Origin: Eledone cirrhosa
Taxonomy: Eukaryota
Reading direction: 5' to 3'
Assembly: GCA_964016885.1 (NCBI GenBank)
Contig: OZ024742.1
Coordinates: 66,588,001 to 66,652,000 of the forward strand
DNA length: 64,000 nt
Each line of letters opens with the position of its first letter. The first letter of the stretch is position 1. This document shows positions 30,813 to 45,385 of the stretch, one piece after another. The notes below the pieces were generated by a model. It saw nothing but the letters and a program-made list of their open reading frames with translations, did not search any database and was not told the DNA's origin. The translations under genes were made by a program, and so were the position numbers.

Positions 30813-32696
30813 TTATACTTCTCTTAGGTCAGTGTTGTTTGTTTGGGTGTTGTTGTTGTTCCACTCATTCTTTCTGTTTAGCTTTGGTCTTCTAATTTCT
30901 ATTTCACTGGCCTCTCTGATTTGCCTATCTGCTGGGTCATTCCTATGTTTAGATATTATTCTAATTTCTATGTTGTCTATGTTACCGTCATGATGTTGTC
31001 TAGCATGTTCGTATAGTACTGACCCGTTTTTTCGTCCTTTTAGTTCCCCCCAGTGTTGGTCTATCCTTTCACCTATGCTACGAGCTGTCTCACCTATGTA
31101 TGTTGTTGTCGTGTTTCTACAAGTACCCTCTGTACATCTTATGCTATAGACTACGTTTCTAGTTTTACAGTTTATCCGGGGGTTCACCTTACATATGATA
31201 CATTTCCTATTGGTACAGTGGGTTTTCTTAAACGGGTAGGTTTTGCTGATCAGGGATTTTATGGTGGTTCCTGGCTTTTCTACCACCTTTATTTTTAAGT
31301 GGGTCTTTCTCAGGGCCTTTCTACACTGGTTAGCTAATTTCCCTCCAGGGGTGGCGTCCACAAACATGACACTCTGATATCTCTGGTTGTCGTACCATGA
31401 TGTGGCCTTCCCTATCTTATGTCTAGCCCTATCTAAGCTATTCCATGATTTGCTCCTGTATAGTGGGCAAATTCCTTTCATGTCCAGTTCTATGAGGGTC
31501 TTATACTTTTCCATGGCTCCTTCGTATACTCTGACTCTGTCTCTTTGGTTGTAGCCAGAGAACTGCATGCGGTTGATGAAGTGTTGGATGTGTCCTTCCA
31601 TTTCTGTTGGGTCGCACATGCTGGACACATTCTTCATCACTCGTACCAAATCTGCGATCAGAATATTAAACTTAGCACTACTGGACATTGCTGAGTTTTT
31701 GAGTATCAGGTATTTGGAGGCCATGGGTTTAGCATAGTGTGAGTGGAGAATTTGGGCTCTCTCGTCTATAGTGTTAATCCAGAGTTCTGTGTCTAATACA
31801 GGTAGTCTATTGTTAGGGTGTTTGGAAGGGAAGTCTATAGTTACAGTTATACTCTGGTGTATGGAATTAGCTATCTGCTGGATGCTTTCCATCGTGCTAC
31901 GTTCTAAATCAAACTTGTTAGTGCTCTCTAGTGGGGGTGTTCTTATAACTATATTGATATCGTCTACATAACGAGAGTACATGATGAGGTCTATGGAGCT
32001 TTCATTAAGGAGATCTTTAAGTCTCCTTTCCCACCATACCATGAAAAGGTTGGCAACATCGCCAGCTATGCTGACGCCGATGGCTGCTCCCTCATTTTGG
32101 GTGTAGATTTTCTCATTGAACTTAAATATGTGGCCCTTTAGGGTAGTTTTGATACTAGCCCCTATTGCATGTGCGACCATTTTTCTTACCTGATCAGTGT
32201 TTTGGGGGGTCCGTATAGCTTTGGTCCACCCAATCCACCTTCCTATGGGAGTCTTTTTAGCCATTGAGGTTATGGTGGGGGGTCTACCTCTTATAGGTCT
32301 ACTAGGGCAGAAACATCTAAGGTCATGGCTGTCTAGGTAGTCAGTGTCGTAGGTAAGTCTAAGTAGGAGGCCCAGTTCGTCTGTGTCGACGTCGCAGAAC
32401 TCCACCTCACTCTCAATGATCATCTCCACACATCTTTTCACAGCAAAATCAATGTTAATGGATGGGTACAGTGACACCACATCCATGCTGCCTATTATGC
32501 AGTTGGATAGGCTCCTGTTTTTGTTGCACTCACTGATTCCGCTGAGGAGGTCCTCTGTACTTTCACATACATCTGGGGACATCTTGATTATGGGGCGTAT
32601 AACCATTGAGAGGAAGTAGGAGATCCTGTAGTTGCTAGCTATATTAGCTCCGCATACAGGTCTTGTTGGTGGTCCTGTTGTCGGGTCGTCGACTGT
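30813..32696 (-). CDS. PLE reverse transcriptase plus GIY-YIG endonuclease (N-terminally truncated, uninterrupted)
   Basis: TRPVCG in frame upstream of the listed Met; SMDVVSLYPSI, QNEGAAIG, YSRYVDD, LPVLD, Cys-rich linker, NVVYSI..YIGETARSIGERIDQH. Confidence 0.95.
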   Translation of the reverse strand, partial: TVDDPTTGPPTRPVCGANIASNYRISYFLSMVIRPIIKMSPDVCESTEDLLSGISECNKNRSLSNCIIGSMDVVSLYPSINIDFAVKRCVEMIIESEVEFCDVDTDELGLLLRLTYDTDYLDSHDLRCFCPSRPIRGRPPTITSMAKKTPIGRWIGWTKAIRTPQNTDQVRKMVAHAIGASIKTTLKGHIFKFNEKIYTQNEGAAIGVSIAGDVANLFMVWWERRLKDLLNESSIDLIMYSRYVDDINIVIRTPPLESTNKFDLERSTMESIQQIANSIHQSITVTIDFPSKHPNNRLPVLDTELWINTIDERAQILHSHYAKPMASKYLILKNSAMSSSAKFNILIADLVRVMKNVSSMCDPTEMEGHIQHFINRMQFSGYNQRDRVRVYEGAMEKYKTLIELDMKGICPLYRSKSWNSLDRARHKIGKATSWYDNQRYQSVMFVDATPGGKLANQCRKALRKTHLKIKVVEKPGTTIKSLISKTYPFKKTHCTNRKCIICKVNPRINCKTRNVVYSIRCTEGTCRNTTTTYIGETARSIGERIDQHWGELKGRKNGSVLYEHARQHHDGNIDNIEIRIISKHRNDPADRQIREASEIEIRRPKLNRKNEWNNNNTQTNNTDLREV

Positions 32697-32865
32697 CTAA
32701 GTTAGATCGCAGATATATATATATAAAAGACAGCGAGAAGCGAAAACCAACCAAACAGTGAGTGTGTTCTGTTATTAATTCTGGCAATATTACGCAAATA
32801 TGACCCTCCCCAAATATAACAATATCTGTTTCGACACACGATTTCATATAAAAAACCTCGCAAAA

Positions 32866-32933
<68 letters not shown>

Positions 32934-32969
32934 TATACATGCATACATGTATATACATATTTACACATA

Positions 32970-34228
32970 TTTGAATATCCGTTGACTCTTATGAGTTCTT
33001 CCGCCCTTTGTCAGGTTTTGTTTTTTGTACTCCAGGGGGTCCCAAATCCCCCTCCTCACCAAGTAAACTTAGTGGGATTGCCGGTTTAGTCACCGACGAC
33101 CCGACCATACGACAGGTTGTACTGGGTTACATGTTACCAGTAGAGCTCAAGAGTGACCCGACATACATACATACATACATACATACATGGTGGCTGCCAA
33201 CTTGTTTTAGAGTACGGCCACTACTTTATATCCATGTAGGAGAACCCCTACTGATGCGCTGAACAAGTGTGACTTTTTAGTCCAGCCAGCGACTTGAAAA
33301 CTCTAGTACAAACACTACACTTGTGACAATTACTGACACATAGTGCTGGGCCCATGGTACCAGGTGATGACAAGTGCAGAGAGATCTCCAGATATAAAGC
33401 AATGCCTGTGCCGTGAAGCTTTTATAGTGATCAAAGGCACTGCTCAAAGCCAGTCCCACTCTCTTAACCAAGATGATATTTACCAAAAAGAAGAACAAGT
33501 CAACATCATTAGATACCATCAGGGTTGCAGGTGTTATATCAGAGTTTTCCTTCTCCTAGAATTCTGCCTTGACAAAGGCTAAGGGGTCATCTTTCCCGGA
33601 TATTTTGGATGGCCATTGACTCTTAAGAGCTCCTTTGCTCTTTGACAGGTCTTGTTTTTAGTCCTGCAGGATGTCCAAAGTCACCCTTCTCACCAAGAAA
33701 CCTTGGTGGGGTTGTCAGTTTAGTCGCCAACGACCCGACCATGAGACAGGTTGTACTGGGATACATACATACATATATACATACATACATACATACATAC
33801 TTACATACATACATACATACATGGTGGCTGCCAACTCGTTTTCGAGTACGGCCACTACTTTACATCCATGTAGGAGAACCCCTACCGATGCGCTGAACGA
33901 GTTTGACTTTTTAGTCCAGCCTGCGACATGAAATCTCTGGTACAAACACTACACTTGTGAGAATTATTGACACATAGTGCTGGGCCCATGGTACCATGTG
34001 ACGACAAGTGCAGAGAGATCTCCAGATATAAAGCAATGCCTGTGCCGTGAAGCTTTTATAGTGAGCAAAGGCACTGCACAAAGTCAGTCCCACTCTCTTA
34101 ACCAAGATGATATTTACCAAAAAGAAGAACAAGTCAACATCATTGGATACCATCAGGGTTGCAGGTGTTATATCAGAGTTTTCCTTCTCCTAGAATTCTG
34201 CCTTGACAAAGGCTAAGGGCTCATCTCA
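32970..34228 (-). mobile_element. Head-to-tail array (period ~634 bp) of a non-coding element linked by (CATA)n; possibly RTE-derived
   Basis: 33183-33585 matches 33817-34219 and 32980-33127 matches 33615-33760; minus-strand CTAGGAGAAGGAAAACTCTGA recalls RTE 5' UTRs. Confidence 0.65.
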
Positions 34229-36544
34229 TACATACATACATACATACATACATACATACATACATACATACATACATACATACATACATACATACATACT
34301 TACATACATACATACATACATACATCACACTCATACACAAACACAACAAAATAATACACGAGCACATACACACACACAGACCATGAGACAGAAATATTTC
34401 TTAGAAAATTAATTCAGGCGCTAAAGTTTGTTGAAGTAATTCGTAATGTCAAATTGGCAACTGAAATCTAAGGAAGATTCTAGAATACAAAATTCTTCAT
34501 GAATAAATATGATATAATTTAATAAGATTATTCTTGACATTTTTTTATATTTTTATTTGCCATATTATTTGATCAGTTTTTTTAAATTCCTTTCTTACCT
34601 ATTTTTTACATCATCTGTTTTAATTCAATAAAATAATACAGGCGACATAATTCATCTATGTACTTGAATAATCTGTTAGCTGTTGTTCTTTATTCCCACC
34701 TTTATTCTGGTTCGGATCGTCCATGATCTAATGTTGTCAATCCACGACCATAGTGTCGTTCTTCTTTATATCTATGATTATATTTTACAATACGTCACAT
34801 TTGTAAATACGGCTGTGTGTAATTTGAAAGTATAATCATGTCAGCTACTCAGCTTTCTTTATTCTTTGATATAACTTATGTTTATTTTACAAGCAACCTG
34901 TAGATTTAATCAATTGCCAACTACGGATTGCTCTATCTCATTTCAGTGATTCGCATAAAGACCTTATGCAACAAATGACTCATTCCATAACCTCAATAGA
35001 AAATAGATGGCAATATGTATATAACTGAGACATAAGGAGTTCGAATTCTGGTTTTGTGTTTTGTGCGTCGTCAACATATATGTCATTTAATGTATCTTGT
35101 CACCTAAGAAAATGTTGATACTGCTCTCATATATTTAAATGTATCGTTAACTTACGATAGCCAATCTATACATGGTTTTAGTATTCATAATATTTTAGTA
35201 GTTTTCACAACGTTTACGTATCTCAGTTGCCTGTATTTATGGACCCGTAATTGGAGATGGAGTCGTATGTGCACCGTCATGACATTCCTGTGCTTTAAAC
35301 CTGGCAGAGCACATCCTCACTCCAGGACTAAACGCGTGACACAGATATATGGAGGATAAATCTACCCCAGTCTTAGACAGGTACTTTTACTCTCATGATG
35401 AAAGATTAAGTTGACCTTGATAAGATTTAAACACTGAGCAGAGAGCGCCGGAACGAATGCTATAGAGTATTCTATCCAACGTCCAAATGGCTCTCCATTT
35501 CTTTGAATCAAAGATGTATTACATCAAAATAAAATAAATATTCCACATTTGTTAATACAATATATCAGACACACTAATTTAAGCTTAGAACAATGTTATC
35601 CGTCATGTTGCATATCATCAGCATTATATTGTACATAATTTTTGATGAGTGTATGATTTCATTTAGTTTTAGAACTATAGCTGAAAATGTTAGACATTAT
35701 GGCTGGTGTATCTTTTGGCCCCAGTTTGCTGCAAATTAAATTTGAGCGCCCATCAGTGTGATTTGAACAGACTAGATTGTGGGATGTAATGAAATGAAGT
35801 GAAACATTTAATTCAAATATTCCTCGTTACGGCACTCTACCCCATCCTTATACTTCAATATATCGATTGGTCATGTCTTTCAATTTTTATGCTTCTTTTG
35901 CTTTTATTAAAATTCTTCGTTATATTTCGTTTACTCAGTATTCTCTGTTAATGTGTCTGTTCTCTTAACGAAGAATATCTACTTCCTGTTCAATATTGCT
36001 TCACTTCCTCTTTAAAATTACTGTATTTCAGTTGTATAGAAGAAACGACGACGAAATTATTAACGCTGTGTTATTAGAAGGGGGAACGATAAATAATATC
36101 TTTGTTAATAAATATGATTTAAGCCATAAGATAAACAATGTTCAACTGATTTGCATATTGAGGGAATGATCATATAAAATACATTATATTTATTTGCAAA
36201 TATGGCTTCGTCAATAGAACTGAAAAGGCTTTTGGTATGAGTATTTCTTTAATATTTCAATTTACACAACATTGAATCAAATTTCAAAATCATTTTGCTA
36301 TTTAGAATTTAGAATTCAGTAAAGTAGGAGGAGATTAAATCTTGGATAATTGCACAGGATATTAAAAAACAGAAATCAGTAACAAACTGATTGAGGTTAA
36401 AAAAATAATACGAAACGAAGCAAAAAAATAAACACAATGTTGAAACTATTTCCTATGTAATAAAGTTAGGCGTTGATGAGTCACTGCTGTCGAGGGAATG
36501 ATGTCAATGCCGCTATCTGAATTATAATTATAAAATAATACGTT

Positions 36545-37000
36545 TGCATTGCCACAATGAAAGTCATGATGAACAGGATGATAATCATTATCACTATGAT
36601 TATCATCACTATTATGTTAATGATGATCCTTTTCTTTCTCATGATGATGATGATGATGATGATGATCACCATCACCATCATCATCTTCATCAAAATCAGC
36701 AGCAGCAACAACATCATCTTCAGCACCATCGCTATCATCGACGTCCATTTCATGAACATCATCATCAATATCACCATCCTCGCAATGGTTACAACCCCGT
36801 CCTCTTCTTCGTTCCCGACATTATTATCATAACAAACATCCCTACTCCAACAACAACCACTAACACAATCACTACCGCCACTAACAACACAATTAACACA
36901 ATTTTCCCCTTTATCCTCCGCCGCCTCCAACTTACCATCATCATCACAACCATCACCAACATCACCAGTAACAGCAGAAGCAACAGCGGTAGTAGCGATA
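36545..37000. repeat. (GAT/CAT/CAC)n low-complexity tract
   Basis: Degenerate trinucleotide runs open in several frames. Confidence 0.75.
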
Positions 37001-37481
37001 AAACCAGAACTGAGTAGCAAGAAATAATAAAACAAACAAATATACACTAACACATATCAACAAAAAATATCACCAGACAAAACAAATATTAAATCCCTCT
37101 ATACATCCAAAATTCGGTTGCTAGGAGATAAATACACTTTAATCTCTATTTTGATGGTGATCAGATGTAATCTGTTCTCACTTGATGGCAAAATATAATT
37201 TTTGGGCCGTTTTTTTTTTGTTTATTTTCTCCAGGCTGTTAGATTATGACATGTTCTCTTACCATTGAAGGTTCTTGAATATATGTGTTTTGTAGAAGTA
37301 ATGGTGTGAGGTAAGTAGGAGTTAGTAGTGTGTGGTGAATACGGGGTGATGGTAAGAGAGGAATGTGATGTGGTAATGAGTGGGAACTGGCGGTTCATGA
37401 TGTACTTTAGTGAAATAGATATATCATTGAAACAAATAAGAAAGTAATATGAACAAACAAAAAAATACAACTACTACAACG

Positions 37482-37530
<49 letters not shown>

Positions 37531-37719
37531 ATCATTATTATTATTATTCCGGATCTATACATCCTGAGTTCAAATTCCGCCAAGGTCTTCTTTGCCATTC
37601 GTCCATTCGAGGTGGATAAAATAATGTACGAATCACGTGCTGGGGTCGATCTAATGATATTTCCCCTACCCACAATTTGGTTATCTTGTGCCTTACTTAG
37701 AAATTATTATTATTATTAT

Positions 37720-38690
37720 TTCTTTTTGACCACTATCACCGAAAAATACAATCACCAGGGACAGTAGTGTTTTATGTAAATGGAAAGCAGAAAACAATTA
37801 TCAATAAACAAATAACAACATTTCCCAAAGCCAGAATACCAGCCAGGAATGGTTTAGGATCCATATATCCAAAACTACAACTGTATTTTCCAGCCTAGAG
37901 GGGCATGCTCAGAGAAGGTCCATTCACTCGGGCACTTTCCTTTCCAAATGTAAGTTGAGAAAGTTGAGCAGGTCTTGGCCGAAGAAAAAAGGGCCTGTCT
38001 TCACAACCAGCCCTCTATGCAAAGAGTGTTGTCAGCAGATGGATCGAGTCACTAATGGAACCTGACCTTACGGCAACGATGAAAGAACCGGCTCTCTAAT
38101 CTAATGTGACACATTCTGGGGCAAAGCACGACAATGATGTATGAATGAATAGATGTAGGATGCAATGTGCGCGTTCGGCACTCGGCCCGACCTCTCAGAG
38201 TTGAGAATGTTTACAGTTCGTGGACGTAGGATATCATGTCTGTCATGTATATGTAAAACCCGAAAGATAGATAATCAAAACCAGGTGATTTGTGCCGCGG
38301 ATAATCGGCCAGTGTTAACGGTATCTCAGCTCGTATTGTCGGCTTTTTAGCAGTACTCCGAATTTTGCATTGAGATTTGTGACAGCCTGTTGAGGCAGGG
38401 ACTATATTTTGCAACCAACTCTAAAGCCCTGTTTGTTCCGAACATTTGTACGGAGAGGCACTGTAATAACACGGACATCTGCTTCGAATCATGCAGCCTG
38501 AGTCTATTTCTGTCCGGCAAAGATCGAATTGTGGTTTTATCTCCATGCCGTGCCTCTGCCACTATGGTCAATCGAACATCTTTCGTTCCTTCAAATAATA
38601 GTGCACGTGCCTTAGCTATGACAATGCAAATTTCGTGTTTCGTATTGAAAAATGGACTAATGATATTCTTGCAACTACCACGTCTGTTGC
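37720..38690 (-). mobile_element. Decayed L1/Tx1-like ORF2 fragment
   Basis: PTIRAEI...KSPGFD.L..GFY resembles the pre-RT KSPG.DG motif; 3' UTR of Tx1 type. Confidence 0.5.
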
Positions 38691-38799
38691 AAAGATAATC
38701 ATTATTGCCTCTTCTATTTTAGCACCTAAATCCTCCTTGGCTCTATGTTTTCTAGATCAACATATATATTACTGTCATGGCATCTATTACTACTGTGTG

Positions 38800-39545
38800 G
38801 TTAGAGGGGTGGATTGGCAGTATCGTCAGAGCGTTGGGCAACATCCATTTCGGTATATAAGTTACGTACATTTTGAGAGTCGAAATAACGCCAAGGTTAG
38901 GGTTAGTGTTTGGGTTCGGGGTCGATAAAATAAAGTAGCAGTAACCTACTGACATGAATTTAATCTACTTTCCCCTCCGACGAAACTTTTGATTTTATGT
39001 CTAAGTCCAGAACCATTATTACTGTGTGGTCAGTGCGTTGGGTTTGCGGTATCGGACAACATTTATTATGGCATTTGATTAAGACATTCTATGTTCTGAT
39101 TCGAAATTCCACCAATGTCAACTACGCTTTTCTACCTTCCCGGGGCGATACTGTTGTTGGTATGACCAACTTTCACCAAACCCCAATCTGATGGTTTTGT
39201 GCTCATGATCGAAGTATTAATATTAATGTGTGGCCAGCGTTCAAAGCGTGCTGGGGTCAACTTTTCCTTTCATCCATTCAGGTGTCGATAACATAAAACC
39301 CCATTAAAAACTCATCGACTTTGACCTCTCCACCACATTGTGATAATATTAGTATTATTATCACGTGTAAGCTTCGGAAAAATGTATTCTAGTATCGAAA
39401 GCGTCTCTTTATTTTCTGAGTTTAAATACCCATGACTGCGACTTTGCGGAACATTCTTCTGGGGGCGATAAAATATTGTATGAGATGTATTGGAGTCAAT
39501 GTAACTGATGCTTCTCTCCACAAATTCCTTGCCTTACACCAAAAT
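38800..39545 (+). mobile_element. Cluster of about 4 decayed family 1 SINEs
   Basis: Repeated GGGG(T)CGATAAAATA cores near 38918, 39142, 39282, 39461 with decayed A/B boxes. Confidence 0.6.
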
Positions 39546-40076
39546 TATAAATCATTATTGCTTAGTATGTTAAGGGCACTGGACAGCCTTACGGTATTTG
39601 TTCCAGGTATTTATGTACCTTATACATTTCCTCATTCAAAAAATGTCATAAATTGAAGTACCAATCAATTGTTGTCTTCTATGTAATTGACTGCTTCTCT
39701 ACCCTAGACTTGTAGACGTATGTCTATGAAAGGAATCGGTAATATTATGGTTGGTGTTATTGTTATATCTGTCGTTAACTTTGTTGCAGTTGTTACTATT
39801 ATAGCGGTAGTTTTATTGTTATTGCTATTCGTGTTCTCGTCGCTTCTTGGTGATTTTCAAATTTTTGCTGCTTTTCATGGTACTGGTCGAATATTTCGTG
39901 CTTCCTTACATCTGAGTTTAACAAGGATCATAATACAGTAATAGAAGTATGTGTATCTATATATCTATAAATCTCTATCTATATATATAAATATGTGTGT
40001 GTGTGGGGGGGGGGGTATGCGTATGTTTGTGTGTGTGTGTGTAAATGTATATATATATATGTGTGTGTATATATAT

Positions 40077-40136
<60 letters not shown>

Positions 40137-40214
40137 TAAAATAACAGATTAAAGTTTAAGCAAAGAATCGCTATATATATATGTGTATATGTATATATAT
40201 ATATATATATATAT

Positions 40215-40335
40215 GAAGGCGTGTGGCTGAGTGGTTAGAGAATTGGATCCGCAATCGTACGGCAGTGAGTTCGATTCCTGGACCAGGCGATGCGTTATGT
40301 CCTTGAGCAAGACACTTTATTTCACGTTGCTCCTT
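40215..40335 (+). mobile_element. tRNA-derived SINE family 2 (CORE-like)
   Basis: A-box TGGCTGAGTGGT, B-box GTTCGATTCC, then TGTCCTTGAGCAAGACACTT resembling the CORE domain. Confidence 0.7.
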
Positions 40336-40482
40336 CTACCTGGAGTTGCGACCGATAGATAGTATTAGCAATTGGAAAGACCAACGGAAACATTGTTCCC
40401 TCGGTCCGATTTGACGAAAGTCGATCGTTCCTTATATATATGTATATGTATATATATATGTATATGTATATATATATATAAA

Positions 40483-40622
40483 TCAGAAGATCCCGTTAAG
40501 GGTGAAAGCACCGATTCTTTGCTTAAACTTTAATCTGTTATTTTAATAAACATTTGCCCTACGGTTCTTATATATCGAGCCCTCTTTGATTTTAGTCTTC
40601 AAATTTATTATTATTACTATAT
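40483..40622 (+). mobile_element. Solo PLE terminus starting at the HHR core (inverted partner fragment at 40131-40172)
   Basis: CAGAAGATCCCGTTAAGGGTGAAAGC...; matches the reverse complement of 48346-48502. Confidence 0.8.
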
Positions 40623-40977
40623 ATTATATTGCAGACTCCTGCAATAGGAATTTGTCGATCATGGATTTGCAGAAACTTAGCGCTGTCGTTGCGTGCGATT
40701 TTGAGATCAATAGTGTGGAAACACCATGTGGATTACATATTTTACACCCAGCCTCAGCGTTATGTCCAGGTCAGTAAAAAATCTTTACCTGGGTCCTGTA
40801 TTTTCGTTGCTCTAGTTATACGGTCGGACTGCCGACTGCTATATCTAATTTGATAAGCTGTCTGAACATAATGTTATACTCTGGGGTGTTACCTAATCTG
40901 AATGTTAAAGCTACAAACCGAATAAGCATACACGTTAGCTTGGCCGTATACTAGAGCTTCGTCTATGCTGTACTAAA

Positions 40978-41017
<40 letters not shown>

Positions 41018-41285
41018 ATATATATATATATACTGAAAGAGGCTGTATAGATGAGGGATAGAGGAATGAAAGAGAGAATATAAACAGATACAATAATGCT
41101 ACTGGTAAAACTCGGAAAGTAAAAGAAAAAAGAAAACTAACAAACAATGCAAAGGAAGCTGAGAGTGAAAGAGAGGAAATTTACGAAGCGGAACTATGGG
41201 TTTTTCGTTTGTCTGCTAGAAGGAAATGTGTGACGGCTGGTAAACACTTGTTGGGCCATGTAATCTAGTTAGAAGAGATACGTGC

Positions 41286-41377
<92 letters not shown>

Positions 41378-41460
41378 AATTGTACTTGTGTTTATGTTTG
41401 TGTTTCTCTTACGTTTTCTAAAAAAAAATATATATATACACACACACGCACACTCTCATA

Positions 41461-41506
<46 letters not shown>

Positions 41507-43218
41507 GAGTGAGAGAGAGAGAGATATGAGTCTGATGTGTATGTGTCTATGGGTGTGTAAATTTGGGCTCAATTGTAAAATACACAATTATTTACTTTTG
41601 TAGAAAATAGATGAAAAGATGGGAAGAAATAAAATAAATTCTAAAGGAAGGTGTATACGTTACATTGTAACACATCCGACCACCCCACGTTTCCCATTGT
41701 CTCCATATTCAAAGACATCCACAATCTAACCTATGTTTTAAAGATAACGAAACACACACGCTCGCGCGCTCACACACAAGAACACGCACACATACACGAT
41801 TTTCTGCTACGCACACGTAACGCAGAGGACTATGGGGGAAATTACTATCTGGATACGTGAAATTAAACCAGGAAATAATTAGACAAAAAATGCCGGAAAT
41901 AAAACTGTTGGAATAGAGACAAAAAGCTTGTAGCAAATACTGAAATATCAATATGTAAATTCGTTAAATCAACTTATTTACGGCTCAGCAGATGCATAAT
42001 AATATTTTCGCCGCATCACTTAGAGACATAAACCAACATATTTCTATATAAAATAAATACTTTATAACATACACACATGTACGTTTGTATGTATGTATAT
42101 ATGTAAGTATTTATGTATGTTTGTGTTTGTGTGTGTGTGTGTGTGTGTAAGTATGTATGTATGTTTGTATGTATCTGTATGCTCTTCTGGTTTTATTATT
42201 TTATAAATTTTCACTAATACCGAATGTCGGTTTCTGACATAGAAACAACATTTTTTTCTTTTGAATTTAGACATCAATTGGGTAAGAATGTATGTATGTA
42301 TGTATGTATGTATGTATGTATGTATGTATGTATGTATGTATGTATGTATGTATGTATGTATGTGTGTTGAGTGAGTGTGTCAGTGTCTGCAGGTATGGGT
42401 GTTATTGGATGTGTGAATCTGTATGTTTTGAGTTATAAATTTGAATATGTTTCTGTATCTATACATGTGTATATGTTGCTATTAGAATCTGAATTTCTGA
42501 ATATTTAACATTTTTACATTTGCATTAAAGGACTTATTTGCATCTTCTCAACTAGCCGTGCCCTTTCTTGTTCTCTGATGCCTAACTTCACAAGATTTGT
42601 ACTGAGACAATTAGTTGCATATCCCAGAACCCTAATTATTACAGGAAAAAATTTTAAAGTATATTCAGGCTAGAGGATTTACAGGTTCCTCAGTTCGGTA
42701 TAAATGTTTTCATTTTTTTTCTAATCTTTTGGATTATATTGTAATTTTCTGGGCGGCTGATTTCCACTACTGTGCATACATTCTTTCTTCAGTCATATAT
42801 AACTATATCTAGCATTTTATGTTTCTACAATTTGCCATATTACTGTTTTTGGGATATTGAAATCATATAATCAACTAAAACCACAATAAAAAAATAATAG
42901 ACGTATTTTAAACTGATGTTGATTCATATAAATGACAGTAAACAAGATTTGGCCTGCATGTATCTTTTCATTTCAAAAGAATGTTCAGTCTATCACAACA
43001 TGTGTTATGCATATGAATGTTTACACTGGCGGCAGTGTAGTGAGTTACATTAACATGAGGTGCAAGGACCGACCATAACAATACAGGCACCAGAGATCAA
43101 AACAACATATCAGAACGGGTAGTTGCAGAAAAACTACCTTTTCCGATTGGACCTCTCCACAATTGAAACTCAGTTTTCATTAAAATTATATATAACTTAC
43201 GTTATATATAAATTTACA

Positions 43219-43253
43219 GGTTGATAATCCTATTCAGGTGAAACACGTGTTCT
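43219..43253 (+). ncRNA. HHR motif, U3-A8 core variant
   Basis: gg UUGAUAA u-ccu-auuc-agg-u GAAA CACGUG UU cu; palindromic ACACGUGU; helix I is weak. Confidence 0.6.
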
Positions 43254-43572
43254 CAACTATTGGAGTATAGTTAAGAATTTGTTTGTGTGGTGGGGGTGAG
43301 TTGTGTGTGTGGGGGAGGGGAGTCTGATAAATGTTATTATTATTATTTTTTTTCTTTTACAGTTAAAATATATGCATTTTATTATTTCAACTATATTTTA
43401 CAAAAAGTAGTTATATATTGATGGAAATATGAAAAACAAAGAGGAAAACAAAATTATGTAATGAAAAATGATGCGTGAGATCGAAAGAAGGGGAGATCTG
43501 GCTGTATGAAAAGGTAGAGGAATGGATTATAAATGTCATAAGTGAGAGGAAAAGAAGGTTGTGGAATTAAAT

Positions 43573-43687
<115 letters not shown>

Positions 43688-43785
43688 TGTGTGTGTGCGA
43701 GTGTGTGCGTGAAAAGAACATACGTTTATGTGCCTGTGTGTGTGATTGCACGTAAATGTATTTGCATTTGTGTGATTGTGTATGT

Positions 43786-43872
<87 letters not shown>

Positions 43873-44432
43873 TGTACGTGGGTTTGTGTATTTCTGTATG
43901 AATATTTCTATGTGCAAAAACTTTTGAATGGATGTATGCGCGCACTTATACAGCACAACTTAAACGCTGGCAGAAGATTTATTACAAACTAATGATCTGT
44001 ATCATAATAGTATTATTCCATTCATTGTTATTCTACAATATTTGGCATCGACTCGAAGGGAGCATCAAAGCTTAATATTATAATTCCATACTCTGTTGTA
44101 TTGGCATTTCGCTCTAATTCTTCAGTTATAGGCATTTGTGTCTATGTATCTAAGCGTGAACCAGATGTCGAGGTGAATCTAGTGAGCCGTTAGTTTCTAT
44201 GTATATATGTGGTGATGCTGCTGGTTAAAATTGGTTAGATGGTGGTACTTATATATATACGTATTAAATTTCGGTGTGCATGCTGCCTATAAATGTCAGA
44301 TATTTGGTATATCAATGAGATTCTTCAAAGTCTCAAAGAATCGGAATCAGGCTATTAAAAAATAATTGAAGGAATTAAGAAAGGAAATGAAAAAAAGAAA
44401 TTGTGACATTGTGATATATATATGCATAAGTC

Positions 44433-44479
<47 letters not shown>

Positions 44480-45168
44480 CTATGTATGTATATATATATT
44501 GTTTACAAATATATATAAACAACAAAACACTAACACTATAGATGGAAAACGCAAACAGTATATGTAAATATATCAGAATAGCTTAGGACGTTTGCCATTG
44601 TGTATGGGATTCTATATATTATATTCGCATATGTTTATGAGCACGTATAAATATATGTATGTATACATCATACACACATATATATATATATACGTATATA
44701 ACGAAGGAGTTGTGGTAAGGAACCAGATGGACCATAACGCACCAGAGTATTCAATACTTAGGGTAGTGTAATGGGTAATAGGAACATGTATGACCCCAAC
44801 GGCTGGACTTGTGTAAATCCTTGAAAGGTTTATTATACTATGACCATTTCAATGACCGGGTTCCGTATGAATCTGTAGATATCATCAGGTATTCGACTAT
44901 TTAACTCCGTACAAGCACCGCCAACTACAAAAACAAAGACGGTTGAACTGCTTTACGTTGAGTACTGTCCACATTAAGATTGACCATACGGAATTGACCA
45001 GCTCTATCCAGTGGTGAACCTCAAACCTAAATATATTTATATATATATATGTATGTGTATATATATATATATATATATGTATGTGTATATATATATATAA
45101 AAATACAGATTCAGCGAGAATCGCATTTCGGCGGGCAGGAAAGAAGAAGCGAAACGCAAAATCACAAA

Positions 45169-45226
<58 letters not shown>

Positions 45227-45295
45227 TATGAAGAGAGAAGAAACATTTAGATATAATTAGTAATAAAATGTATCATACCTAAACTGCTCCTAAAT

Positions 45296-45385
45296 TCCTC
45301 GACTACGTAGTTTCGTGGCATAAAGAAAAACAATATATCATAAAGATATAGAGTCCTTGCGAGGTCTGCCGACTTATCAAGAGGA
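45296..45385 (-). ncRNA. HHR motif, U3-A8 core, extended helix II
   Basis: uccuc UUGAUAA gu-c-ggca..~46 nt..ugccac GAAA CUACGUAG UC gagga. Confidence 0.7.

Noticed and set aside
33560-33625. HDV-like or twister ribozyme in the RTE-like element
   Set aside because: GGCCAUC/GAUGACC encloses only 16 nt, too short for P2/P3/L3, and no twister signature was seen
36481-37053. His/Asp-rich ORF
   Set aside because: Trinucleotide low complexity open in several frames on both strands
44850-44895. Minus-strand CTGATGA...GGAA-CCCG-GTC
   Set aside because: GAAA is broken and helix I mismatched; at most a decayed HHR
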